DNA from: Microthyrium microscopicum
Taxonomy: Eukaryota
Reading direction: 5' to 3'
Length of the DNA: 64,000 bases
Assembly (NCBI GenBank): GCA_010405405.1
Contig: MU004231.1
Location: 3,404,401 to 3,468,400, forward strand
Shown here: piece by piece, positions 25,030 through 37,072 of the stretch
Layout: every line of letters starts with the position of its first letter
Numbering within the stretch: position 1 is the stretch's first letter
Notes under the pieces: model-generated
Databases searched by the model: none
The model's input: the letters and a program-made list of their open reading frames with translations, nothing else
What the model was told of the DNA's origin: nothing
Made by a program: the position numbers and the translations under genes

Positions 25030-25957
25030 ATGCCACTCCCTGTTAGTAGTGGCAAACCGACCTGGTTCCTACACGACTATTTCCATTGGCAGGACTGGTT
25101 TGATTACATCAAGCGACGTGCCATCAGTCTTGAAGTTTGGGATTATGTTGATCCAGCTGGCAAGCTTGAGCCTCCTAGTATGCCCGCTGAACCTACTGGA
25201 TCCCTTACCAGTACTAGCTTGCCCAACGAGGTACTGCTCTACAACATTAAGCGAGACAGGTATGTTTCACCAACTTACTTACTTCCAACTTCCCCCATGA
25301 GATATACGCTTCACCAAGATGTGCGAAATGTCATTCTCGCAACGCGCCCGTCCGGACCTTGAAGTCAGCGTCGTTGAATCTTTTTGTAACATGCGCTCTT
25401 TCTATAGGTACTGAAGTCAGCTAACAGACTGTAGCTACATCAAGACTCAAAGCGCGATCACATCGCTTATCCAGCTCATCAACGATTCAATCCATGAGAG
25501 CTACTTTGACTGCATCAAAGAACGCTTCAGCTGCCGAGAAATGCTGTGGAGCTTGGGATCAGAATGGCGGTTTTCCTACATGAACTGCGGCATGACTATA
25601 TTTGACCTGTGTAATGATCTTCGGACCTCGCTCAAGGATGGCCCCAACCTCGAACGCCTCAGAAAGGGAGGTGCTGAAGAACAGCAAGAACTTCAGCGGT
25701 GGCTTAGTGGCTGGCGAAGAGTCGCACAGATCGAGAACGCTTCTCTCTGGCTTATGGATGAGCATGAAATGGCTCGTGAGTTTCATCAAGGATCCGAAGC
25801 TTCCAACCCTGCATTCTACGGGATGGCTCAGAACCTTTGGGCTGGAACTGCAGAAAACCAGCCATGGCATGACGTCTCTGACCTCCAAACAATTTCTTGG
25901 TGCATTCAGAAGTATGCAATATTCTACAAACTCAATGCTGAGCATGAAGCGGAATGA
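25030..25957 (+). CDS. Copia Gag-like protein, paralog 2 (250 aa; exons 25030-25259, 25435-25957)
   Basis: GTATGT donor 25260, GCTAAC branch site, TAG acceptor 25432-25434; same 230-nt exon 1 and phase-2 intron as paralog 1; shared ITSL.QLINDSIH, CRE, DGP, WL.GWR, SNP.F, WCI. Confidence 0.8.
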
Positions 25958-26454
25958 TTCACAGGAATCCGAGACTGCTTATCTCAAGGGGACTGATGAC
26001 GAACAAAAAAGGTCTTTGATCAAAGACTGATTTTGCTCTGATATTCGAGAGAGGCCGATATCGTGGACTTGATCAAGGCGTGGTCTTCGAAGTATTAGTG
26101 GAAACCCAAAAATCAATAATAAAAAGTAGCCACAAAATGATGCCTTCAAAAGATCGCTACGCTTGTTGAATCAAGCTGTTTCCAGAACGAACCACATATC
26201 TAAAGGATATTATCAGGGGCCACGTATCCAAATCGTCTCAAGTAATAGAGGAACAAGATTACTGATGGTAGTCGATTGAGACATACATTTATGGTGCAGC
26301 CAAGACATTGATTCGTTATCCTCGTCGAGCCAATCTATATTCCTTCGTGGAACTTGGCTATGGGCGCTTTTTGCCCTTCTAATATATCGATGGAATCCAA
26401 GACCACAGCTGTACCCGGAACAAGCCATCTTCAACCATTTCATAGCTTATTGTT

Positions 26455-27431
<977 letters not shown>

Positions 27432-28416
27432 TTGAGCTGATATCGCGGGGAGAAGGCGATCAATGGAAGGGAGAGAATTCGTCGATTGAAAACTATCAGC
27501 GTTGATGAAAATGCGCTTGATGTTGTTGTCAAGTGGTCGTGTGGTTGTGGTTTGATGGAGTGAGGTTCAAAATGGTTGCAAGGATCAAGCTGTGGAGGTT
27601 GGGCAACCCTTGATCCTTGACGACCACGATACGGTTTAAGTTACCATGGCGGCTGGAACCTCTCCCATCATAATTTGTGTACCTACTCGCTCATTTTTTG
27701 AAGGACTGGTATAACTTGTTCTCCCCCTCATTTTCGAGTCCGTCAGCTTAGAGCTCGAGAAGTGTACTTGGTGATTTGGCATCTCATGCCTTTCCCACCC
27801 CAGCAGCCTTCGGATTCATCAACGACTTCCCAATCAGCACCCCCTCGAGTCCTCGCTCAACACGTAGGCTGGCTCTTCATGAACTGAGCAAATTGACAAG
27901 TCGAGTTGACCCAGAGTAATCGAGATAAGAACGGCGGAACAAATCGAATAGCCTTTTGCCGAAAATCTATTCTATTAACTCCAAAATCAGACCCACGAGA
28001 TACACCATGCCAACGAGGTCTTGCTTTTCATGAAAGCTTGGTGCTAATTTAACAGCTTACAGTGCGAAATAATACTCGCGGCCAGACCCTTTTAGCCGAT
28101 ACATAAGAATATAATCATGTTTGAGAAAACATAACACCATCTGGAAAAAGTCTCGCTCTGGTGCCAAGGGAAGTTTACAAGCAAGCTTTGGTGTTGAGCT
28201 CTTTAATGCCGTAATCGGTCTTCGTGATACCTTCATCCACTTCCCAGATCTCAGCTTCAAGCTAAATATCAGTATCGCTAGCGTCCACTACTCGTAGATT
28301 CAAGGAGTTACACATATTAGATATTGCTCGAGGCTTAAATCGAGTTTTGGACCCCTGATATATGACCAGTGAGGGGCTTATTCGCGCACCAAACATCAAC
28401 GCACCTTTCAAAAGTC

Positions 28417-29081
28417 ATGGCTCAAGAGCTTGGAGTTTCCATACTACTACTGGGAGATTCGGATGTTGGGAAAAGCTCATTTCTAGCGTAGGTTCTTCCA
28501 ACGAGACAAACACTTTCTGCGCTTTGCTAATGACGTCTCTCAGGCGGCTTACACTTGGAGCACAAGAAAACAATGATGGATTACCGCCCTATGAACTACC
28601 AAGACTACTTGATTCCAATCAACCGTTCGAGTTCAACATGCACATTCGCGGTAATAGGCACAGATTCTATTTCTATGACACCTCATCGCCAACAAACTAC
28701 AGCCTGATACAACCAGACGTTGTCATCTTATGTTACGACATATCAAATAGAAGCTCGCTTGAATCACTGGGACAGAGATGGCGACATGAATTACAGACGC
28801 ATTTCAATTACGACGAAGCACTTCCCGTTATCGTTCTCGGATTGAAGCGGGATTTGCGGAGAGAGTGGACACAGGAAGAACGCGAAAAGTTGAAAGGGGC
28901 TACTATTATGCCGCAGGAAGGACTGTTGATGGCTCAGCAGATGAGATGTGATATGTATGTGGAGTGTAGTGCCATGACGGGGGAGTTGTTCAAAGAAGCG
29001 ATTGAAGATATCGCAAAAACTGCAGGGAAAAAGTGGTCTGAAGGCGGAGGCAGGACTGAAGGCGGTTGTATCGTGATGTAA
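28417..29081 (+). CDS. Atypical Rho-like small GTPase with CAAX box (2 exons)
   Basis: Exon 1 MAQELGVSILLLGDSDVGKSSFL (G1); intron 28488-28543; FYDTSSP (G3), GLKRDLR (G4), YVECSA (G5); C-terminal CIVM. Confidence 0.88.
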
Positions 29082-29350
29082 TGATATTACTTGGCTTACT
29101 CAGTAATCTGAGGCTATTGATGCTTTTGAGTTGTTATTGAGGGTGTGTTGTGGATCTGTCAATAAACGAGGCTCAAAACCCAACAAGAGACCTTCTCAAC
29201 TCAATTTACAAGTGACCAAAATCTAGTCAATAAGCTATTGAGAGAGATTGCTGCACAAAACGACCTCCTTCGACAACATGCCTCGACATCTCCTATTCCT
29301 TTTCACCACACAACCCGCATCGTTCCAGACATACACCTGACCAAGACAAC

Positions 29351-30136
29351 ATGGCATCGAAGTCTTCAAATACACAGCCTTCCACACCACTGCCTGCAGA
29401 GCCAGAGAACAGATCCAATGTCCAAGATTTGCCCGAGTATTGGAATTACCCAAACTACTACCGGGGATCAGAACAGCCGATTACGCCAGTGATACACTAT
29501 CCACGGCGAGGAGGAGTTCACCTATCTTGGCCACACTATCTTGGTCTCTGCTTCGCCATATTCTGCATGGGTTTTGTTTTGACTCTTTGGACTGCCGTAG
29601 CTCTACACCGTACCGAACCATCCTTTCAGCTAGCCACCAACTACGTTCCTCAATCCGCGCAAGGCCAGGCCGATCATCACGAAACACCTCCGCTTTGGGA
29701 ATTCAAACCCAACTTTGTGATCGAAAAGGCCCATACAGACTTCTTCACGGCAACAGTTACAGATGTGGAGACTGTGACGATTATGATCGATCCAAACGAG
29801 TCTACGTCAAGCTTTGTGCCGTCCACAACATTGATGGTTTCCGTGGAGTCGCTTTCTTCTTCTCCCACCGTCGACTCAAAAAGTCCCTTAACCTCATCCG
29901 ATACGAACTCGGGCAGCATGACAAGCTCTTCGAGCTCCAGTCCAAGCAGTCAAACCCCATCATCAAGCTTTCGTACAAGCATATCCACGAGTTCGTCGAG
30001 TCTAACGTTGACGAGCACCACAGCACCGGCTGACTCTACTGTGACGGCCAGCGTGACTAAATGGTCGATGACTACAATGCAGCCGTCCGTAAGGCCCATC
30101 AAGCCATCGACGAGACATTTTGGCATGCCCTCATGA
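29351..30136 (+). CDS. Hypothetical single-pass membrane protein with Ser/Thr-rich C-terminal region
   Basis: 261-aa ORF; hydrophobic segment YLGLCFAIFCMGFVLTLWTAVAL followed by an S/T-rich tail. Confidence 0.7.
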   Translation: MASKSSNTQPSTPLPAEPENRSNVQDLPEYWNYPNYYRGSEQPITPVIHYPRRGGVHLSWPHYLGLCFAIFCMGFVLTLWTAVALHRTEPSFQLATNYVPQSAQGQADHHETPPLWEFKPNFVIEKAHTDFFTATVTDVETVTIMIDPNESTSSFVPSTTLMVSVESLSSSPTVDSKSPLTSSDTNSGSMTSSSSSSPSSQTPSSSFRTSISTSSSSLTLTSTTAPADSTVTASVTKWSMTTMQPSVRPIKPSTRHFGMPS

Positions 30137-30254
30137 GCTGTCTAAAGACATGTTTTGAGAAGGCAGGTGTATTGGTACTGATATATGGGTCCAAGCTGTA
30201 GTAGGAAATGGTTTTTGCATAGCAATGGAAGAAAACTGCAACGATGAATAAATT

Positions 30255-30722
30255 TCAGTCGGAATTTGTGCTCGGATTGGCCATTTCCTCGGTAGTATTT
30301 AGTGCATCAGGCAGAATGAAGACCGTCTTGTCATCTCGACCTGCCTGTGAGCCAGGATTCGTCTGCGTATTGTCCAAGTGATATCCGATAACTAGATCAC
30401 ATCGTGTGCAGCGGCGCTGATATCGAGGCTCGAAACCGTCGGACCGTCGGACGACGATGGGCTTTTTATCGACGAGTGTGTTGAGCAACACAGCTCCATC
30501 GGCGGGTGATGTACTGGTGCCGTTGTCTTGTTCTTGATCGGAGGGTAGGTTCTGATGGGATCGTTGCAGGTCTTTGAGGGGAGTGAGAGGGACAATGTAG
30601 GCTTTGTCTAGTCCTTCTCTGCCGCGGCGCATGTTGCTGTCTAGAGGTTTGGCGGTCGCGAGGAGGAGCTGGGTGCATAAGCAGTGATATACCACGACTG
30701 GTGAGGTTGTAGATTCGTTCAT
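30255..30722 (-). CDS. STEEP1/CXorf56 (UPF0428) family protein
   Basis: VYHCLC..LLL, R...LDKAYI, VVRRSDGFE.RY.RRC..C.L.IGY match the family pattern; probable start ATG 30722. Confidence 0.75.
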   Translation of the reverse strand: MNESTTSPVVVYHCLCTQLLLATAKPLDSNMRRGREGLDKAYIVPLTPLKDLQRSHQNLPSDQEQDNGTSTSPADGAVLLNTLVDKKPIVVRRSDGFEPRYQRRCTRCDLVIGYHLDNTQTNPGSQAGRDDKTVFILPDALNTTEEMANPSTNSD

Positions 30723-30953
30723 TTGTGATAATTTGAGGCCAGGTTGTAATGAGCAGTAGGTTGTAAATGTTGTAGGTGAAAAGGTAAGCTTTCTGACTGG
30801 TCGTAGAATTTTTGATAGCTGGAGGATGAAGTGTCGATCGAACATTTTTTGGATCGCGATCTAGCGTCAAAGGGGCACAAGGATGACGCTTTCCCTTCCA
30901 AACATTCCCAAACACAACTCCAACTTCATCCTATCTTTCTCCATAACACAAGA

Positions 30954-31747
30954 ATGCCTCTGTCTATTACGAAGCCGATATTGTTCGGCTCATTCACCGT
31001 CACATCTCAGGTTCGCTTATGCCTTTCAACTGGGCGACAAACTATATGACGCGCTCCCAACAATTAAGATGTCTCCCATGGCGCTGCTTAATAAAAAGAT
31101 GCATCAATTCCCATCGTATTCGATCGGCATTCGACCATTTTGCGCAATCAAGGGGAAGCAAGGCACCCGATATTGAAGCGCAGCAAATGGTAGACAATAA
31201 TACTTGATGGGAGCGTGCCAGTTATTTTGTCGTCCAGTTGGTCTTTGTCACCAATATACTGCTGTTAACAACTACATAGGTCTTCCATCTTACAAGTCAC
31301 TCTTACGCATTCGTCAACCTTAAACCTATACTTCCCGGTCATGTGCTTGTCTCGCCCATTCGACGGGTCCCTCGGCTCCATGATCTCACAGCGGCCGAAG
31401 TCAGCGACTTGTTCCAAGAAGTACAACGCGTTGGTCGCATGGTCGAACGTGTTTTCCATGCATCAGCATTGAACATTGCTATTCAAGATGGTTCCGACGC
31501 CGGACAGAGCGTACCGCATGTCCATGCACATATCCTTCCTCGGAAGCCCGCTGATTTACCAAACACTGACGATATATACAAAGAACTGGATGGTCCTGCG
31601 GGAGATATTGGCCAGCATTTGGAGCATGCCCGTAAAGGCGCATTTCCAACAGTAGATGCCGACGAAGCTCGCCATCCTAGGACAGCAGAAGAGATGAATA
31701 AAGAAGCCGAGTGGCTGACTAAAGAAATGGAAAAAGAAGCATCCTAA
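30954..31747 (+). CDS. HNT2: Bis(5'-adenosyl)-triphosphatase, HIT family (FHIT/Hnt2)
   Basis: Exon 1 MPLSITKPILFGSFTVTSQ; intron 31011-31279; FVNLKPILPGHVLV; QDG.DAGQSVPHVHAHILPR histidine triad. Confidence 0.94.
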
Positions 31748-31966
31748 GCATTGGATTCTCTACTAGTAGGTGGTCATGTCTCCCTCTTTTTGGACGCGCC
31801 ACGTACGACTCTATACAGTCGGAGAACTTAAAGGTCTATGAATACATGCAAATGGTCATTTCGTCATCATGATTCATCATTGGAAAGACAACGCTGCATT
31901 ACGCCAGGAAACAACCCGGGAAAATCCGTCTTTTAGGGTGTTGTGGTTTTTACAATCTCCTCGCCT

Positions 31967-32505
31967 CTATGTCCCAGGCTTACTCTCAATCTTACCCTTA
32001 TTTCTGGCCTTTCCTTGGATAATGTCGAGAAATCTTCGGAGCTGGTCGCCACTAGTTCTTCCTTCGTCGTCGCAGGTCAGAAGCTCTAGCGTTTGCTGAA
32101 GCTTATCGTATGATTGTTGAAGTTGACTGTAATCACTTTCGAGCTCTTTGTACTTGTCAGTCACGCTGGTCAACTGCTCTTCGAGGTCCCGGGCTCGTTT
32201 CTCTTTACGCTCTCGAAATGCTCTTTGAGCCGCTCGATTTTGAGCTCGCCGTCGCTATCTTGGTTAGATCTTTCTCGAACAACCGACTCCAGATAGCTTA
32301 CACTTGATGTCTGAGTTTTATCACCTTGCTGGGTTGAAGAAGAGCTCTCTCGTCTACCAGGTGTCCACATGTCCTCGAAATCCGTTAGTTCGTAATCCCA
32401 GGAATCAAAACAGTACTTTGTCAGGATAAATTTGGAAGGTTCGCTTACATCCATAATTACTTCCGAAGGACTCATTGGAATCAGTCTCGGCGACTCTTTG
32501 ACCAT
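31967..32505 (-). CDS. bZIP transcription factor, AP-1/Yap-like basic region (163 aa, 2 exons)
   Basis: Removing intron 32255-32301 (GTAAGC..CTAAC..TAG) gives RRRAQNRAAQRAFRERKEKR followed by a leucine-zipper heptad. Confidence 0.9.
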
Positions 32506-35500
32506 TTGATTTTGATGGAAAATTGATCCTGAGCGTAAATCGTACTCGGAAGTCTATCAGCGCATCATTTAGCGGATTGCTCGTCAAGCATGAGCTGTCC
32601 CAACTCTAGAGGTTGCGCAACGCTTTCATGAGAACTTGAGACTAACCGGTGATGCGCTTATACTGGAGTAAGATCCTTCAGACGGTTGTTCAATGGTCAG
32701 ATGTTCTGAACCAGTCTCTCCGGGAAATGGCATGAACCAATTCATGTTCATGGCCTTGGTATCCATTGGTGCTGTTGTTGGCGCTTCAAAGATCGTTGGC
32801 GGTTGGTGTTCTCCGATGAAGAATGAATCGTGAATGGCAATATAGTTTGCAGATCAATACGTTGGGCATCTAAGCAGGAAGAACTGGCATACTTCACTAA
32901 TATAACAAAGAAGGGTTCACAATAAAGACAAGAGCGCGGACAAGCATCAGGGATTGGAAGTAGCTTGTTAAGACTAATGGACGATCACTGCCATTTGAGA
33001 GCACAAGCATACCCTACTGCTCGTGGCCTACGCTAATTCCGCATTCTCTACTGCAACGAAGAGGCTTGGAGCAAATCGTCGGAAACTAGCTGCGACCATA
33101 GGCAGGCATGTTACATTTCTCCGTCGTTCTAATACAGATGAGAGTGCTTGCACCTTACGAGCATGATTGGAGTACATCAATGCGCAGAACGCATACACCA
33201 ATCCTGGCATTAGGCTCGCGGGGTTTCTGGAAGATATTCAGATGTTCTGCCACGGATTGGGCAGTTGCAGGGAGACTGAGTAAGCGAACCAGGAGACTGC
33301 AATCGAGGGACTGGAGATCGCAACGGTAACCTTGCGTCAAACATGGCGAGAGAAATAAATCAGATAACGAACTTATCGGAAGCGTACGCTAGGATGGGTT
33401 TAGGCCCAGACAAAGTGGCATGGGCGGCATTAGACCTCTTCACTGGACTCAAAATAGACACGAGTTCTTCGGTTTGAGAGTTCCCAAAACTATGGAACGC
33501 TTACTACTCGAGGGATACATCGTCTGCTCGCCTGGCATTTGCATGTGGCCGTTGCTCCACTCAGCAACTTGAGCGAGAGGTTGGAGCTGCAGTTGGGCTG
33601 CTGGACATGCATCTCACAAGCCCAGAATGCACGCCAAGCTTCACATCACAAGGATTGCCTGTGAGTTGGCACGGACGGACTTCATTACTCATCCTGTCGA
33701 GCCTTAGTCAGAACTTTCTGGCTTACGTTAAGCGGCCGCCGTGTGGAATTATCGGCCGTCGCTTTGAACATCTGTCAAGGATGGTTTTAGATTGTGGTTG
33801 TATTCTTTGCCTTAGCAATATGCTGTGATATCGCCTTCAATCGAGAGGCGAGCCATACAATTCCAATAACAGAGCGGAGTGTTATTTGTCACTGGTCCTC
33901 TATTCCGTGCTTGGAATCTCCTACTGCTCAGATAGGTAAATGGTGTGGACGCTGTGCATGAAGAGAGAGGTAGCTCCATGCCAAATTCTGTATGTCCTTC
34001 AAATCTTCTCTTGGCAAGGTCTCTCTCGGAGCATTTCCGAACATTCTCCATTTCCATCAGAAAACTATCTAGTCAAACGATGCACTTCGCCCAACGTCAA
34101 TCAAGATCTTTGATACTGCTTGCAAGACCTCGCGGCTGAACAATCTAGCCCAGCGTTCTAACGACTAGTGCTCCCAGAGCTCTTCATTGCTCCCATCGAG
34201 TGCGATATCTACCACTACACTTACAAAGAGCATACTCTGTCATTCCCATCGCATCTGATTTTTCTGGAGCTCTTCTACGTCTCTGGTTGATGATAGAAGG
34301 CAACGTGCCAACTAATTTTCCAGTCCATTGGTACCTCTACCTTTCACCGTTCCAGAAGTCTTATTTCACTTAATGTCACTGAATGATTTCCTGTCTGCGG
34401 TCAAATGTGCTGACACTGCACAAGCACCAATAGCTTCAGAAAGAAGCTACTTGATATCTGGAGCTACCAGAACCTACTGGCTGAACTTGTCAAGCTGGAA
34501 ATGCCAAGCATCATGTTCTCAATGTATGCCAGTGTAAGCTACGTTAGCAATCTCGTATCCTGGCGATCTCGGCAAATGCGAAAAGGGCAACCATGATAGA
34601 TGGTGTACCTTTCGCGGGGGTAGTACTTTCAGCCATCTGCACATGCAGGGTCCAAGTCCCAAAATGTCCCAAAATGGCAATCAAGAACTCGCTTCGCCAA
34701 CCCCCGCCTTCCAACGTAGAGAACCAATCCCAGCCAAGCCAACCATGCAGATCAAGCCGAGGCTCTCCAAATGTGCAGTGGGCCATAAGTTGGAGAGTCA
34801 CTTATCTGAAGATACTCCACGTAGGTAACCAGAAAATATTCATACTAGAAAGTCACTTGTACTCTTAGCTCGAAACGCCAGAATAACTTGCCAATGACAG
34901 GAAGGGCTTGAAGGCAGTAGAGCAACCTTGCATGGGAGTCATGTAGACCCAAGTCAAGTCCAACACGTTGCAATATGTTGTTCTCCAACCGATTACTTTG
35001 GCGTGGAACATGGTTGATGAGCCTTATGGGTCAGGCTTCTCCTCCATGCCTGCAGTAGTAAAGCACAGGTTTCGATCAGACTCCCTCAGGCTATCTCGTA
35101 TTGCCACTACCTCTCCTTCTAGAAGAATCAAACATCATCCGATTCCAATCTCATGGGGCAAATGGTTATCCCTTCTTGGCGCGTGAGAACTTTAGTAGGT
35201 CGTCATTTTGTGAGAAGTCTACTCATACCTGACCCTGAATTTCTAGTATTTGTTATCAGATCATCATCACAGTTTCATATATTGGGCAGGAGGCACTGGA
35301 TTCACAGTCTATCTGTAGATATCAGCTCACTATATGGCTAATGCTCTACTTATAGTCTCTAGATAACATGCGTTATCCTGATATACACTACCTACCTCCT
35401 ACTCAATTAGATAGTATCACTCGATGAGCTTCAAGTTAGCCTAATTTTCTAGTACCAACTATCCTGAGTCATTCCTGTTCAATGGTAGGTAACAATTAGT

Positions 35501-37072
35501 ACTCAACTGAAATCATCAAGTTCTAATACTAGACACTTTGATATCTTCCCAACGTGTAACTTCACATCTTTGAACCTGTACTTCCTTGGCAATCTTAGCG
35601 AGCTCTTCAGGGTCGACCTTATTACCAGGGCCGATCGACCCAGCTACTTGGCATGCCGACGGCACCGGAAAGGGCGTTGTAGTAAATGCTTGTCTATCCG
35701 CATCCAAAGAACCATGGATTATTAAGCGATTGCCTGATTAAATGCACTTGTCATACGATGTTGTCTGATCGCATGGGTCGGAACTTACCATACCCCATGA
35801 ACACTTTCCGACTTGGTAGGCAGTTCTAGAACTATAACAACTTCGTTAGCAAATTGGCTTCGTGATTGGCGAGATGGTGCTTTATTGTAGATAGAGTTGA
35901 CAATTAACGTACAAGGTGTTGATCACAGCGCATATATTCTTGAGGTCCTTTCTACCATTCTTCTCATTCAGCACGGGCGAAGCTATCTGTCGGATACGAT
36001 TTGGTCTTCTTCACGCGAGTGGACATCTATATCAGAACCTCATAGAGTTGCTAGCCAGTAACTCGGGTACAGCTCCAAAGCGAGCAGATGGATGCGCTTC
36101 TCGCGAACCTTCTCTTGGATTAATGCACAGTCTTTGGAACACCTTTCAATAAGCAGCAAGGCTAAGGACAACGTCGGCCCCATGAGGTTTGAGCAGTCTG
36201 AAGTTGGCAACTTCGTCTTCCTTGAACCGTGAAAGCTTGGCCGACAGGCTGAGAACCACGGATGTTGACAACGATTAGGCTGGTGTATCAACTGTCTCTG
36301 CGGAGACAATTCCGAATATCCCAGCAGTCCAGCTGCATGAAACATGTGCTCGAGCATTTATATTGGACAGGGGGGTTTCAATGTTTTTAAACAGACAGTA
36401 AACCAAATGGAAAAATGAATGGCGTAGCCGTATCAGCTGCAATAGCTCCCAAATACTCTTCTGTATGGTCGACTGCTTTATAACCTATGAAGGACGTTCA
36501 GCATGGAAAATTTATCGGATATAATGGCAATGTAATATCTTTGGTTTATTAGCTTCGATGATGATGGGATTTGGTCGTTATTCTGCCATCTACATGGTAG
36601 CCTTTCAATCGCTCATCTGCCAGGCCAGTACTATGTAGTGCTCTATCATAAGCAACTATGTTTCTAAAATAGTTTGCTACGAATCTAGATTATAGTCTCC
36701 ATTTCGCTCATCTCCGCTATTTCAGCGAACAAGGATCCTAGGATGGAGAAAGCTGGCTTACTAGATACCTAGATCATAGGATAAAGTAGAGTCTTGAATA
36801 TTATCTTCAATCAGTCTAGTGTCATAATTGATTGTGCTCGAGAATTTGTGAGACAGCAATAAGGCTGAGAAGACAAGGCTGAAGCTTTGGCTTGTCTGTT
36901 GTCCAATCATAGCTTCTAAACGCAGGCGTGATGTCACTTCAAGCGGAGTTCGGACACGGAGTTGGACCGCTTGCGCCAACTCCGATCAACATTCTCCTGC
37001 GTTTATCGTATTAGGCAGACGGCATTCAACTGTTTATCTAACTATTCTGACCTAACATCAAGGTCTTCAACA

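Noticed and set aside
27880..28300. Intron-like signal (gctaat..cag) and coding-like text upstream of the Rho gene
   Set aside because: No canonical donor and several stops; no gene model could be built
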